A stretch of 64,000 nt of DNA from Mobula hypostoma (taxonomy: Eukaryota): the NCBI RefSeq assembly GCF_963921235.1, contig NC_086109.1:7752001-7816000 (forward strand). The letters are read 5' to 3'. Numbering within the stretch: position 1 is the first letter of the stretch; every line of letters begins with the position of its first letter. The notes under the pieces are model-generated. The model saw only the letters and a program-made list of their open reading frames with translations, made no database searches and was not told the DNA's origin. Of the stretch, positions 36,131-48,935 are shown in pieces. Position numbers and translations under genes: made by a program.

Positions 36131-37137
36131 ATTTATGTTGAGTTTATATTCTGTGTGTTATCTGTGTGATGCTGTTGCAGGCAAGTTGTTTATTGCACCT
36201 CTAGCTCACTGTAATTGTGCGCGTGACAATAACCTCAACCTGACTTGATTTCAAAGCAGGGCACACTCACAGAGGAAGAAAAGTTTCAAAGAATTTTAAG
36301 AAAAGAAATTCAAAAAACACTCATATCTTCCTATGCCCTAACAGATCCATCAGTCTCTGTCTGATACTGTCTAAAAGCAATCGGTTAAACATTGGATGTT
36401 TTTAACTTCAACAGTGTACGTAAAGCACGGCGCAGAAAACTGTACTGAACATGTACTGAACTAAGTAAGTGATCTTTCAAATGGCTCATTTGCCCATATT
36501 TCGGGCAGGAGTTCACAGGATATATTTCTGCATGATCTGTTTGAAAGGATAGTGTTGATTGGAGCTGAGAGAGAAATTAATCAGCCATGATGAAATGGCG
36601 GAGCAGACTCGATAGGTCAAAGGAGCTAATTCTGCTCCTGTATCTTATGGACCTTGACCAACTGGGACATGCCCTTGTGACATCAGAGAGGGGTTACAGG
36701 AACCTGAAGACCACACTCAACAATTCAAGAGCAGTTTCTTCTCCTGATTGGCTCCTGAATGGTTAACTTGTAAGTAGAGTCAGCGGTGAGGAAGGCAAAT
36801 GCAATGTTAGCATTCGTTTCAAGAGGTCCAGAATACAAGAGCAGGGATGTAATGCTGAGACTTTAGAAGGCACTGGTGAGGCCTCACCTTCAGAATTATT
36901 AACAGTTTAGGGCTCCTCATCTAAGAAAAGATGTGCTGGCATTGGAGAGGGTTCAGAGGAGGTTCACAAGGATGATTCTGAATTAGAATCAGGACTTTTT
37001 GAATTAGAATCAGGTTAATTGTCACTGGCATTCATCCTGAAATCGGGATTAGTGATATTATCATTGACGTACATCATGAAATTTTGCTGCAGCAGTACAG
37101 AACAAGACCAAAGTTGCTGTAAGTTTCAAAATTACTA

Positions 37138-37169
37138 CAGTACTGCGCAAAAGTCTTAGGTATACACAT

Positions 37170-37239
<70 letters not shown>

Positions 37240-37755
37240 GTATATATACACACACAGCTAAGGTGCCCAAGACTTTTGCACAGTACTGTAGTAATTTTAT
37301 GAATTGCACTGTATTGCTGCCGCAAAATAAAAACAAATTTCATTATATATGTGAGAAATGATAAACCTGATTCTGATATGGGCCTCTGTTGTGCTCTGAG
37401 AGCAGGAAGGAGGAGGCAGGGAAAGGGGAAGGGAGAAGGGAGGGAGAAGGAAACTCCAGAGAGTCATTCTGTAATGATCAATAAATCAGTTGTTTGGAAT
37501 CTCATGACCTTGCCTGGTGTCTCAGGGCTGGGTGCGTCTGCACCCACACTACCCCTTTCACCCTTCACCCCTGATACTCCTTCTCTGCCACTTGTCCTAC
37601 ACCCCTCCCGTGGCACTCTACTCTCGCCATTCCCAACATCCTTTGCCCCCGCCAAATTTACAAACTCACTCTCCGCTCTACATTGGCAAATGCAGTGCTG
37701 TGCAAAAGTCTTAGGCACCCTAGCTATACATGTACCTGACTTTTGCACAGTGCTG
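37138..37755. mobile_element. Composite Tc1/mariner-type MITE whose ends are two mini-MITEs (37138-37288, 37693-37755)
   Basis: Four copies of TIR CAGT(A/G)CTG(T/C)GCAAAAGTC in alternating orientation; TA at both outer ends; (CA)n in the left unit. Confidence 0.8.
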
Positions 37756-38364
37756 TAAATAGCATAAAAATACAACAAATTACAAAACAAATGAATAGTG
37801 CAAAAGACTAATAATGTTCCAAGTAACAAATGTAGGATTCATTAATTAATGTTCCTGAGCATTTGTTCAGTAATGCACTGGAGTGTACTGACCTTCAGAG
37901 AGAATAAACAAAAATAACATACACCTTTTAAGGAATAACTTCTTCCTGAGCATGCAACACAATTATCAGCCATTTCAACTGTCCGAGTTTGCCAAAATAA
38001 ACATTACATTAGCCGCAGTATTTGGTACCAGCCCAGCTTCACCGGCTTGCATCAGTTTCCCCTTTTCTAGGGCCAAGAAGTCAGGTTCCACAACACTTTG
38101 TCCTTTCTAATTTGCTACATGAGCAGTGCGCAGATAATTTTAGCACAACGCCATCCAAGCGTGATGCGCAGGACAGCTCATCTCACACCTGCACCTCAGT
38201 AAAAATATCAGCTGGAAAGCTGGCAGCAAGCGAGCTGCTGGAGGAACTCAGCAGGTTAGGGAGCACCTTTGGAGAGAAATGAATAGTCAGCATTCATGGA
38301 CTGTGGATTGTGGAGGTGTAGGGGAGGGGGTGTAGAGGAAGAAGCTGTTCCTGAATCGTTGAGT

Positions 38365-38760
38365 GTGTCCTACCTCCATTCCCCATTCTGGTTCCCCTCT
38401 CGCCCCTTCTCTTCTCACCTGTCCATCACCTCCCACTGGTTTCCCTCCTCCGTCTCTTTCTCCCATGGTCCACTCCTCTCCTATCAGACTCCTTCTTCTT
38501 CAGCCCCTTACCCTTTCCACCTATCACCTCCCAGCTTCTTCCTTCATCCACTTCCCTCCCCGACCCACCCACCTTCCCCCTCACCTGATCTCACCTGCCA
38601 GCCTATACTCCTCCCCCTCCCCCCCCCCACCTTCTTATTCTGGCTTCTGCCCCCTTCCTTTCCAGTCCTGAAGAAGGGTCTGGGTCAAAAAGCCTCGACC
38701 ATTTATCTCCATCCATAGATAGTGTATACACCTGCTGAGTTCCTCCAGCACTTTGTGTGT
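38365..38760 (+). mobile_element. PLE 3' fragment
   Basis: Pyrimidine-rich tract, CCAGTCCTGAAGAAGGGTC (degenerate hammerhead), CCTGCTGAGTTCCTCCAGCA. Confidence 0.72.
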
Positions 38761-38774
38761 CTTCCATTTATCTA

Positions 38775-39041
38775 TCTATTGAGGTACAGCACGGAGTAGA
38801 CCGCTCTGGCCCTTCAAGTCGCACCTCCCAGCGATCCCTGATTTTACCCCAGCCTAATTATGGGACAACTTACAATGACCAATCAACCTACCAACTGGAC
38901 TGTGGGAGGAAACCGGAGCACCCGGAGGAAACCCAAGCGATCACGAGGAGGATGTACAGACTCCTGACAGTCAGTGGCTGGAATTGAACCCGGGTCGCCA
39001 GTACTGTGAAGCGTTGTGCTAACCACTACACCACCGTGCCA
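38775..39041 (-). mobile_element. HE1/V-SINE-like SINE
   Basis: Minus strand GGCACGGTGGTGTAGTGGTTAGC..CCGGGTTCAATTCC..GGGTTTCCTCCGGGTGCTCCGGTTTCCTCCCACAGTCC. Confidence 0.85.
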
Positions 39042-39474
39042 CCTCGACTCTTTCACCCCTGGAGATCTCCACTACATGTCCCTTCCCCTCCAAAGGTAAA
39101 AGCAATACTTTGTGCCAAATCCTCTGATGGACCTGAGCAGGAGCGCGCCTTTCACAGGAAGACGCAGAGAATGAGTGCGCAAAGCCTCAGAGTCTGCCAC
39201 TGAGTAATCTGGTTGACAGCTCCTGCCCCATGCCCACTGCCGTCGGTGTTAGTCCCATTGCTATAAATGAGCAGAGGTGACTTGATGGAATATTATTCCA
39301 CTAATGAAGAAATCAAACGGAAAGGACCTTACTGTGACACAGTAAATGTGGATGCAGACTGCTGCCAAATATTGCTGAAAATTCACCGCATGGAGTCTGG
39401 ATTATTTACTCTCAACTTCCTTCCACAGATGTGGGTAGCACTGACAAGATCCAGAAGACAAAGGAACAGAATTA

Positions 39475-39995
39475 GTTAAGTTGGCTCTGCCATTCGATCA
39501 TCGCTGATTTATTATCCCTCTCAACCTCGTTCTCCTGCCTTCTCCCCATAATTTTTGACTCTCATCAATCTCCGTTTTAAATATACCCAATGACTTTGCC
39601 TGTACATCTGTCTATGACAACTACCCTCTTGCCAAAAAAAAGTTCATTCTCATCTCTGTTCTAAAGGGGCACCTTTCTTTTCTGAGGCTGCGCCCTCTGG
39701 TCCTAGAGTCCCCCAGTACGGGAAACATCCTCTCCAAGTCCACTCTATCTTGGTCTTTCTATATTCGAAATGTTTCAGTGAGATCACCCCCACCCCATTC
39801 TTCTAAACTCCTGTGAGTACTGGCCAAGAGCCAATGAAGCACTCCTCATACATCCCCTTTCATTCATGGGATCTATCTCGTGAACCTCCTCTGGACCCTC
39901 TCCAATTGCAGCACAACCCTTTGTTGGATATGGGGCCTAAAACTCCTTACAACAATTCAACTTTGACCCGACCAAAGCCTTTTGAAGTCTCAGCA
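39475..39995 (-). mobile_element. CR1 3' fragment
   Basis: Homologous to the CR1 fragments at 14490 and 29540. Confidence 0.75.
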
Positions 39996-40099
39996 GCCTG
40001 CTAGGATTCTGACCTGAGTCTAGACCACACAGCAGACTTCCTGCTCCGGAGTGAAGGCACTTGATGTGTCTTTGTGACAATCTGGTGGTTAAAGATGAA

Positions 40100-40403
40100 A
40101 GATCTTAAAGATTAGCTTCATCAAAGCATACAGTGAAATGCATCGTTTGCATCAACGACCAACACTGTCCGAGATGTGTTGGGGAAGACCACAAGTGTTG
40201 CCATGGTTTGGTCCCAGCGTACAGTATCATACCCACAACTTTTCACCCTAACGTGTACGTCTTTGGTATGTGGGAGGAAACTGGAGCAACTGGAGGAGAT
40301 GCACGCGGTCATGGGGAGAATGTACAAACTCCTTACAGACAGTGACGGGAATTGAACCCGGATCACCGGCACTGTGAGGCGTTACGCAAACTGCTACGCT
40401 ACT
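40100..40403 (-). mobile_element. HE1/V-SINE-like SINE
   Basis: Minus strand GTAGCGTAGCAGTT..CCGGGTTCAATTCCC..CTCCAGTTTCCTCCCACATACCAAAGAC. Confidence 0.78.
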
Positions 40404-40545
40404 GTTCTCTGTTCTGCCCATGTACCGTGCCGGACACATACAAATACATTTTGTTACACAAACCTGGATCTGATGCTGAGATACATCCAGCGATGCGCTG
40501 GGACATATCGTCAGTGATGTATCCTGAGGAGGGATTTTGAGGTTA

Positions 40546-41056
40546 GTCATAGTCATAGTCATACTTTATTGATCCCAAGGAAAATTGATTTTCGTTACAG
40601 TTGCCCCAACCAAGAATAGAGTATAAATATATCAATATAAAACCATAAATAATTAAATAGTAATATGTAAATTATGCCAGGAAATAAGTCCAGGACCAGC
40701 CTATTGGCTTCAGGGTGTCTGACCCTCCAAGGGAGGAGTTGTAAAGTTTGATGGCCACAGGCAGGAATGACTTCCTACGACGCTCTGTGTTGCATCTCGG
40801 TAGAACGAGTCTCTGGCTGAATGTACTCCTGTGCCCACCCAATACATTATGTAGTGGATGGGAGACATTGTCCAAGATGGCATGCAACTTAGACAGCATC
40901 CTCTTTTCAGACACCACCGTCAGAGAGTCCAGTTCCATCCCCACAACATCACTGGCCTTACGAATGAGTTTGTTGATTCTGTTGGTGTCTGCTACCCTCA
41001 GCCTGCTGCCCCAGCACACAACAGCAAACATGATCGCACTGGCCACCACAGACTGC
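40546..41056 (-). mobile_element. Young Rex1/Babar LINE 3' end
   Basis: SVVASAIMFAVVCWG..KLHAILDNVSHPLH..PRCNTERRRKSFLPVAIKLYN; (TATGAC)n tail; near-identical to 44770-45525. Confidence 0.9.
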
Positions 41057-41361
41057 AGTGCCTGGTCCATTTTTGTTCATTTTTTTTGTGCAGGAGGAGG
41101 GATATTGGGGGGATGTACCTGTTCTGTTCCGTTTGGGCTTTTTTTTGTGTGGGAGTTGGAATTTGAGGTTTGATGTTTGTGGTGCCAATTTTTTTCTTGG
41201 TTTCATGGCTACCAGGAGAAGAAGAATTTTGAGTTGTGTACTTTGATAATAAATGAACCTTCGAATTTTTTTTTGAACCTTAGGGGTCATCAGGTGTTTC
41301 GAGTCTTTCGACATCAGACATTCTCACCCAGACAACCCGGCCAGGGCTGACCAGGCGCCGA

Positions 41362-41775
41362 ACAAGAGAAAACCTGCAGATGCTGGAAATCTGAGCCATA
41401 CACACAAGGGAGTCACGTAGGGAGCGATCCCTGCGGAAAGCAGAAAGTGGGGGGGGGGAGAGGAAGTTATGCTAAGAAGGTGGGGCGGGGGAAGAAGTAC
41501 AAGGTGGCAGATGATAGGTGAAACCAGGAGAGGGGGGAGCGGGTGAAGTGAAGAGCTGGGAAGCTGATTGGTGAAAGAGATAAGGGGCTGGAGAAGGGGG
41601 AATCTGATGGGAGAGGACAGAAGACCATGGAAGAAAGGGAAGGGAGGTGATGGGCAGGTAAGGAGATAAGGTGAGAGAGGGAAAGAGGAATGAGGAATGG
41701 AGAAGGAGTGTACGGGGGGTTGTAATTACAGAAAGTTCAAGAAGTCTGTGTTCATGCCATCAGGTTGAAGGCTAC
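41362..41775 (-). mobile_element. PLE 3' fragment
   Basis: AACAAGAGAAAACCTGCAGATGCTGGAAATC tail, purine tract, GTTCATGCCATCAGGTTGAAGGCTAC. Confidence 0.7.
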
Positions 41776-43036
41776 CCCCTACTGGTCAACCCCAGAGTAG
41801 ACTGGAGTCCAAACAATGGAAGATCGAAAGGTAAGAGGGTGGTGGAATTTGTTTAGAGTACAGAGGGGAGAACGGGTGGCGGGAGACAAGTGGCCGAGGA
41901 CTGCTCCTGATGAGGTTGCTCTATGAACCAGCAGAACGTCGAAGGGTCACACGAACTCATTCTATGCCACAAGGAAAGAGGGAATACACTTTTACCAGGA
42001 ACAGAAATAAATCGGAGATGGTAGAGAGTAAACATGACCTTACATCCTGTGTAATTGTAAAGGACTGGAACCCTGACCTTGTTTACAAAAGAGGCTTGTT
42101 GTCTGTGATAGCCATTTATTGTGATGCTGTCCAGGACTCTGTGCGGGTTAATAATATCCGCAGAGTGAATCATAGCAGTAATTCGGAAAGCTACATCAGC
42201 ACTGCACAGCATTTGCACGTCTCCAGTATCTGTAACCACAGTCCAACTAAATCCAGACCCATGTTCTCATTTCTGGAACGGAGTAGCCCACAGTTTGTCA
42301 ATCAAGCAACAGACACAAAAAGCTGGAGGAACTCAGCAGGTCAGGCAGCATCTATGGAGGGGAATAACCAGTTGGCATTTTGGGCCGAGACCCTTCGTCT
42401 TCCAGTCCTGATTAACTTCAGCTTTATTCCTCACGTGTACATCAAAACATACGGTGTCAACAACCAATGCAGTCTGAGGATGTGCTGGGAGCCACCAACG
42501 TAGCATGCCCACAACTTACTAACCCTTACTGACCTTTGGACTCTGTAAAGCAGAGCGCTGAGAGGAATCCCATGCGGTCACGGGGAGAATGTGCAAACCC
42601 CTTGAATCACAATTGAGTAAAGCGTTACTCTAACCACTATGCTAAAGGGTCTCGGCTCAAAGCATCGACCGTTAATTTCCCTCCATAGGTACATGGTTCC
42701 AGCGCCAGTTTGTGTGTGTTGCTCTAGATGTCCGTCGTCTGCAGAATCTCTTGTGTTAAATGATGCTCTGTACCTCTGGTGCTGCTGCAGGGTTTCTCAC
42801 TCCACCTGCACAGGACGTGGGCTCGTGCACGTGACCATAAACTTCACTTTGACATTGAGTTTGAGATTCCTTCCTCCACAGGCCTACGACATGCGGTTCA
42901 GACAGACCCGCTGGCTCTGGCAACTTGCCAGCCATAGGCGGCGTGCACAATCTCACTGACACATTCATTTCTCGTTCCCCTCACCCTCAAAAACCTTGGG
43001 GCTGGGAGATCAGAAGTTCATGTGCTTCAGGCTTCA

Positions 43037-43318
43037 AAAGCGCGAGAGGGCACAGCTTTAAGGTGCTTGGAAGTAGGTACAGAGGAGATGTCAGGGGTAA
43101 GTTTTTTATGCAAAGAATGGTGAGTGCGTGGAACGGGCTGCCGGCGACGGTGGTGGAGGCGGATACAATAGGGTCTTTTAAGAGACTCCTGGATAGGTAC
43201 ATGGAGCTTAGAAAAATAGAGGGCTATGGGTAACCCTAGGTAATTTCTAAAGGACATGTTCGGCACAGCTTTGTGGGCTGAAGGGCCTGTATTGTGCTGT
43301 AGGCTTTCTATGTTTCTG
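43037..43318 (+). mobile_element. CR1 3' end
   Basis: RGHSFKVLGSRYRGDVRGKFF..WNGLP..LDRYM plus 3' UTR. Confidence 0.88.
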
Positions 43319-43436
43319 TGTAAAAGAGGGGATATCAAGACTGGAAATTCATTTCTCGTGGGTAGGAATAGTATTGTGCATGCTTTGTTATAACTTTCCA
43401 AGATGATTTGCATGAAATTGAATATGGTAATTAAGA

Positions 43437-43437
<1 letters not shown>

Positions 43438-43481
<44 letters not shown>

Positions 43482-43518
43482 CATTCACTCACTCACACAC
43501 ACACACACACACACACAC
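43438..43518. repeat. Interrupted (CA)n microsatellite running into a PLE fragment (~43510-43930, minus)
   Basis: (CA)n directly precedes AATGCTGGAGGAACTCAGCAGG. Confidence 0.9.
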
Positions 43519-44742
43519 AATGCTGGAGGAACTCAGCAGGTCAGGCAGCAGCCATGGAAATGAATAAACAGTCAATATTTCAGGCCGATATTCATTTCAG
43601 GACTGCAAAGCAAGGGGGAAGACGGCAGAATAAAAAGGTGGGGAGAGGGGAAGGAGAACAGCTGGAAGGTGATAGGTGAAGCCAGGTGAGTGGGAAAGGT
43701 AAAGGGCTGGAGAGGAAGGTATCTAATCGGAGAGGAGAGTGGACCATGGGAGAAAGGGAAGGAGGAGGGGCACCAGGTGGAGGTGAGAGGCCAGAGTGGG
43801 GAGTAGAAGAAGAGGGGAGGGTGGAAAGGTTTCTTTTACTGGAATAGGAGAAATCAATATTCATGTCATCAGGCTACCCAAACAGAATATAAGGTGTCAC
43901 TCCTCCACTCTGAGGGAGGCCTCATCATGTTGAGCTTTGTGTGCTTGTATTCCAGTCACTGAGATGAGTTATACAGCGGTGGAATGGTAAGAGGAACTAA
44001 GTCCAAGTCTTGTGTGTTTTTATTGATTGCTAGTATTGATTGTCCTCTCTTCATTGTTTTTGGTAAGTAGAGACAGTAAACTACGTCTGTAGAGCTGCAT
44101 TGAGAGGAGGCACAGCCCGGATGGTGGGGGTCACTGATGATGGAGTCCCGGGCTCTCGTCGATGTCCTCGATGGTGGTGAGAGCTGTACCTCCTATGGAA
44201 CTACGTGGGTCCACCACTCTCTGTGTCCTCTTACATTCCTGTGCGTTGGAGTTCCCATACCAGTCTGTGAATCTACCGGCCAGGATGCTGTCCACACAAC
44301 ATCTATAGAAGTTTGTCACAGTCTTCACCGACATGCCAAAACTCTTTAAACTTCTAAGAAAGTAAAGCGGCTAGAATTCCTTCTTTGTGGTTGCACTCCG
44401 TGTCAAAACCACAGGACTGATTTACAGTGGTCTCCTGCTTTTATTCAGTGTGGTTAAGCATAAAAGTGGGTAGAGGAGAGAGGGGCTGGAAGACTATTAT
44501 AAAACTCAATTCCTCCTCATTCTGGTGAGACAAAATCACATGTACTACACATCACAACTAACTATATCTCTGAGGACTAAGAGGTAATGCTGAGGCATTG
44601 GTCAGACCATGCTTGAAGTATTGTGACCTGTTTTGGGCCCTTTATCTAAGAAAGAATGTGCTGACATTGGGGAAGGTCCAGAGGAGGTTCCTGAGAATGA
44701 CCCCAGGAATGAAAGAGTTAACAATTGAAGAATGTTTGATAG

Positions 44743-46043
44743 TGTTAGAGTGAGTTTTTGGGTAGATGGTTCATTTACACTTAAATGTGAAAAAGACAAA
44801 GGAGCTGGTGGTAGACCTGAGGAGGGCTAAGGCACCAGTGACCCCTGTTTCCATCCGGGGGGTCAGTGTGGACATGGTGGAGGATTACAAATACCTGGGG
44901 ATACGAGTTGACAATAAACTGGACTGGTCAAAGAACACTGAGGCTGTCTACAAGAAGGGTCAGAGCCGTCTCTATTTCCTGAGGAGACTGAGGTCCTTTA
45001 ACATCTGTCGGACGATGCTGAGGATGTTCTACAAGTCTGTGGTGGCCAGTGCGATCATGTTTGCTGTTGTGTGCTGGGGCAGCAGGCTGAGGCACCAACA
45101 GAATCGACAAACTCATTCGTAAGGCCAGTGATGTTGTGGGGATGGAACTGGACTCTGTCACGGTGGTGTCTGAAAAGAGGATGCTGTCCGAGTTGCATGC
45201 CATCTTGGACAATGTCTCCCATCCACTACATAATGTACTGGGTGGGCACAGGAGTACATTCAGCCAGAGACTCATTCCACCAAGATGCAACACAGAGTGT
45301 CATAGGATGTCATTCCTGCCTGTGGCCATCAAACTTTACAACTCCTCCCTTGGAGGGTCAGACACCCTGAGCCAATAGACTGGTCCTGGACTTATTTCCT
45401 GGCATAATTTTACTATTTAATTATTTATGGTTTTAGTACTACTTAATTATTTATGGTGCAACTGTAACGAAAACCAATTTCCCTCGGGATCAATAAAGTA
45501 TGACTATGACTATGACTATGACCATGACTCTGGCCACCAGGCTTCTGTTTGACAAAGTACTGTGGATTGAGTTCACAAGAATGCATTTCCTAAAAGCTGT
45601 GAATACCGGAATACTAGCCCAGATGCTGCACACGGAAGAGTGAAGTTTACAGGTAGTTTCGAAGACAGCCTTATCTATACTTCATAAATATAAATTGTCC
45701 TCTATGTTAGCACGTAAAATGCCAAATAAATGTATTGTGGATTTAACTTGCTCTCCTAAAGGCTGTGAGTACCAACCCAGACATGTTGGCGTCAGGAGGA
45801 AAGGATGAAGTCAGCTGTTTTGTATGTAGCTTTAAAAGAAAGCATTGTCTATGCACTGTCTAAATAGAGATTGTCCTTCGTGTTTAGCAAATAAATATCG
45901 AGTCCACATTGGGCTAACAGACCCTTCCACCAAAGGGTCTCCGTCCGTATGATGCCTGCTGTACCTTGTTGTGTGGAATGAAGAAGCTGCTTTGTATCTA
46001 CCAGTGACTCTGTCTCTCCGGTGATCTCATCCGTGCTACAACA
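44743..46043 (+). mobile_element. Solo LTR (~545 bp net) carrying a Rex1 insertion
   Basis: TGTT..AACA ends; 5-bp TSD GATAG (44738-44742, 46044-46048). Confidence 0.82.
44770..45525 (+). mobile_element. Young Rex1/Babar LINE 3' fragment
   Basis: HLHLNVKKTKELVVD..YKYLG..KKGQSRLYFLRRLRSF; (TATGAC)n tail. Confidence 0.92.
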
Positions 46044-47169
46044 GATAGCTCTGAGCCTGTACTCATTGGAGTTTAGAAGAATGGGTGGGAATCACATTGA
46101 AACCTATCGAATATTGAAAGGTCTTGATAGAGTGGAGGTGGAGAGGATGTTTTCTACAGCTGAGGAGTCTAGGACCAGAGGGAACAGCTTCAGAACACAA
46201 TGACATAGAAAAGAGACCAGGAGTAATTTCTTTAGCAAGAGGATGGTGAATCTGTGGAATTCATTGCCACTGACGTCTTTGGAGGCCAAGTCATTGGGTA
46301 TATTTAAAGCAGAGGTTGATAGGTTCTTGATTAATAAGGGTGTCAAAGGTTGCAGGGAGAAGGCATGAGAATGGGGCTGAGAGGGGTGATAAATCAGCCA
46401 TGATGGAATGGTGACAAAGGCTCAATAGACCAAACAGCTTAATTCTGCTCCTGTGTTTTATGGTCTAGCTCCAGAGATGAATCGTGGAAATTTCAATCGC
46501 AAAGTTAATGATTTGCAGCAGGTTTAATAGAGGGAGCTGAAACAGACGTTCTGCTGTAATGGGAACGTGGAGTTTAGCATGTTATACATTGAAAGGAATT
46601 ACTTCATAGCTGCCCTTCAAACTGCTAAAATTGTCAACTTAATTGAGGTTTGCGGAGCCAGTTAATGAAAAGGAAATTGGTTAATATCTAGCTCTGGCGT
46701 GGTCTATCTTTAGGAGGCTGACTTTTATAGCTTCCTTGAATCATCCCCTTGTATTGAGGGGAAAAAATGACTATTTGTAAAGTAGCCTGCAGGGTTCTTG
46801 GAAAACAACTGTCTCAAAATATCACCACGTGTCACTCTGCATTTTGGCCTTTTGTAAGCAAATCTCCATATTTTTCATGCGTAAATCGCGGAACGGCGGG
46901 CAGCCTGCGGGAGTCCACGGAGACACGGGAGACTGCAGATGCCAGAATCCAGAGCAATAAACAATGTTCTGGAGAAACTCAGCCGGATGAGTAACATCTG
47001 AGTAGGGGAGAAGTCTGTTGACAAAACAATTGTCAACAATTCCCGGTCAAGGTGCCACTGAGCTGCAGTCTCTGTTGAGAACATGGCTCGTTTCGTTTTT
47101 TAAGTACTTAGGGTTGGTTTTGGGGACAGAGGAGGGCATTGGGAGTCTGGTTGGGTCTGGGAGAGTTCA

Positions 47170-47793
47170 AGGTCAGACCAGGGTTTAGGGACAGGGATGT
47201 GGGGAGTTAGAGGTCAGATTAGGGTTTAGGGACAGGGATGTGGGGAGTTAGAGGTCAGATTAGGGTTTAGGGACAGGGATGTGGGGAGTTAGAGGTCAGA
47301 CCAGGGTTTAGGGACAGGGATGTGGGGAGTTAGAGGTCAGATTAGGGTTTAGGGACAGGGATGTGGGGAGTTAGAGGTCAGACTAGGGTTTAGGGACAGT
47401 GATGTCGGGGAGTTAGAGGTCAGACTAGGATTTAGGGACAGGGATGTGGGGAGTTAGAGGTCAGACTAGGGTTTAGGGACAAGGATGTGGGGAGTTAGAG
47501 GTCAGACTAGGGTTTAGGGACAGGGATGTGGGGGAGTTAGAGGTCAGACTAGGGTTTAGGGACAGGGATGTGGGGGAGTTAGAGGTCAGACTAGGGTTTA
47601 GGGACAGGGATGTGGGGAGTTAGAAATCAGATTAGGGTTTAGGGACAGGGATGTGAGGAGCCAGAGGTCAGATTAGGGTTTAGGGACAGGGATGTGGGGA
47701 GTTAGAGGTCAGATTAGGGTTTAGGGACAGGGATGTGAGGAGCCAGAGGTCAGATTAAGGTTTAGGGACAGGGATGTGGGGAGTTAGAGGTCA
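47170..47793. repeat. 41-42 bp G-rich minisatellite, ~15 copies
   Basis: Unit GGGTTTAGGGACAGGGATGTGGGGAGTTAGAGGTCAGA(T/C)TA. Confidence 0.97.
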
Positions 47794-48935
47794 GGTGTCT
47801 GCTCCACACTCCATGCTTGAAGGTCAGCAACGTGGATTAGTGACGAAGGACACCTGGAGTCTAGGCCACTGACTGATGTAGGATGCGGATCAAAGTTCAA
47901 AGTTCAAAGTAAATGTTATTATCAAAGTACATGTATGTCGCCATATACAAGACCGCGAGAATTGTGGACACAGCTAAGTACGTCACAGAGCCAGCATCCC
48001 TTCATGGACTCTGTGCTTTTCAATGCTCGGTGAAGCAGCCGACATAATCAAAGACCCCACCCACCCCAGATATTCCCTCTGTTCTCCCCTCCCATTGGGC
48101 AGAAGAAACAAAAGCCTGAAAGCACGTGGTACCAGGACAGCCTTTACCGCACTGTTATCGGACTCCTGAATGGACCTCCTGTACGATAAGATGGACTCTT
48201 GGCTTCATAATCCGCCTGGTTATGATCTTGCAGTTTACTATTAACCTGCACTTTCACTGTAGCCGTTACACTTTATTCTGCATTGTTATTGTTTTACCTT
48301 GTTTTACCTCAGCACGCTGTGTAATGATCTGATCTGTATGAGCAGTGTGCAAAGTAAGCTTTCCACTGTATCTCGGTACATGTGACAATGATAAACCAAT
48401 ACCAATAGTGTAACTGGGTAGCTAATGGTCAGCCTGAACTCGATGGGCTGAAGGGCCTGTGCCAGTGCTACATGACTCTAAGAATCTGAGAAGCATTGAT
48501 AAAGCAGGAGGGTCTGGAACCCATGCTCAGTGTCTCCGGAGCAGGTCTTGGCTCTGTAGGAGTGAAGGGGGGAGAAAGTTCTTCTATCAGAGGGAAACTT
48601 AACCCATTAGGTCATAAAACAAAGGAGCAGAGCTAGGCCACATAGCTAAATCATTGTGGCTGATAATTTTCAACACCATTCTGCCACCTTCTCCCAGTAA
48701 CTGTCAACCTCCTTAAAGAACCTATCAGTCTCTGCCTTGCATGCGATCAATGGTCAGTGGAGAGAGCTTCCACAGTCCTCCATGGTGATAAATTCCACAG
48801 ATTCACCATTCTCTGGCTGTATCTCTGTTCCAATGGGACGTCCCTTTATTCTGAGGCTAAATGATTAGATTCAGATTTCTTTATCAAATGTACGTAGGAA
48901 AATGTTCTGTTTGTGTTAACAACCAACGCTCCTAA

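Larger units (their letters stand above)
44580..46467 (+). mobile_element. CR1 3' fragment split by a solo LTR
   Basis: EECL|IALSLYSLEFRRMGGNHIETY rejoins across 44743-46048. Confidence 0.82.

Noticed and set aside
41910..42503. 197-aa ORF as a host gene
   Set aside because: No recognisable domain; the 3' third runs through PLE and SINE sequence
44766..45378. Host gene with a DUF1891/ALKBH8-N-like segment
   Set aside because: This is the Rex1/Babar RT C-terminus; multicopy, frameshifted and followed by a LINE tail
47170..47793. CRISPR array or true telomeric array
   Set aside because: No unique spacers; TTAGGG occurs only as part of a 41-bp unit
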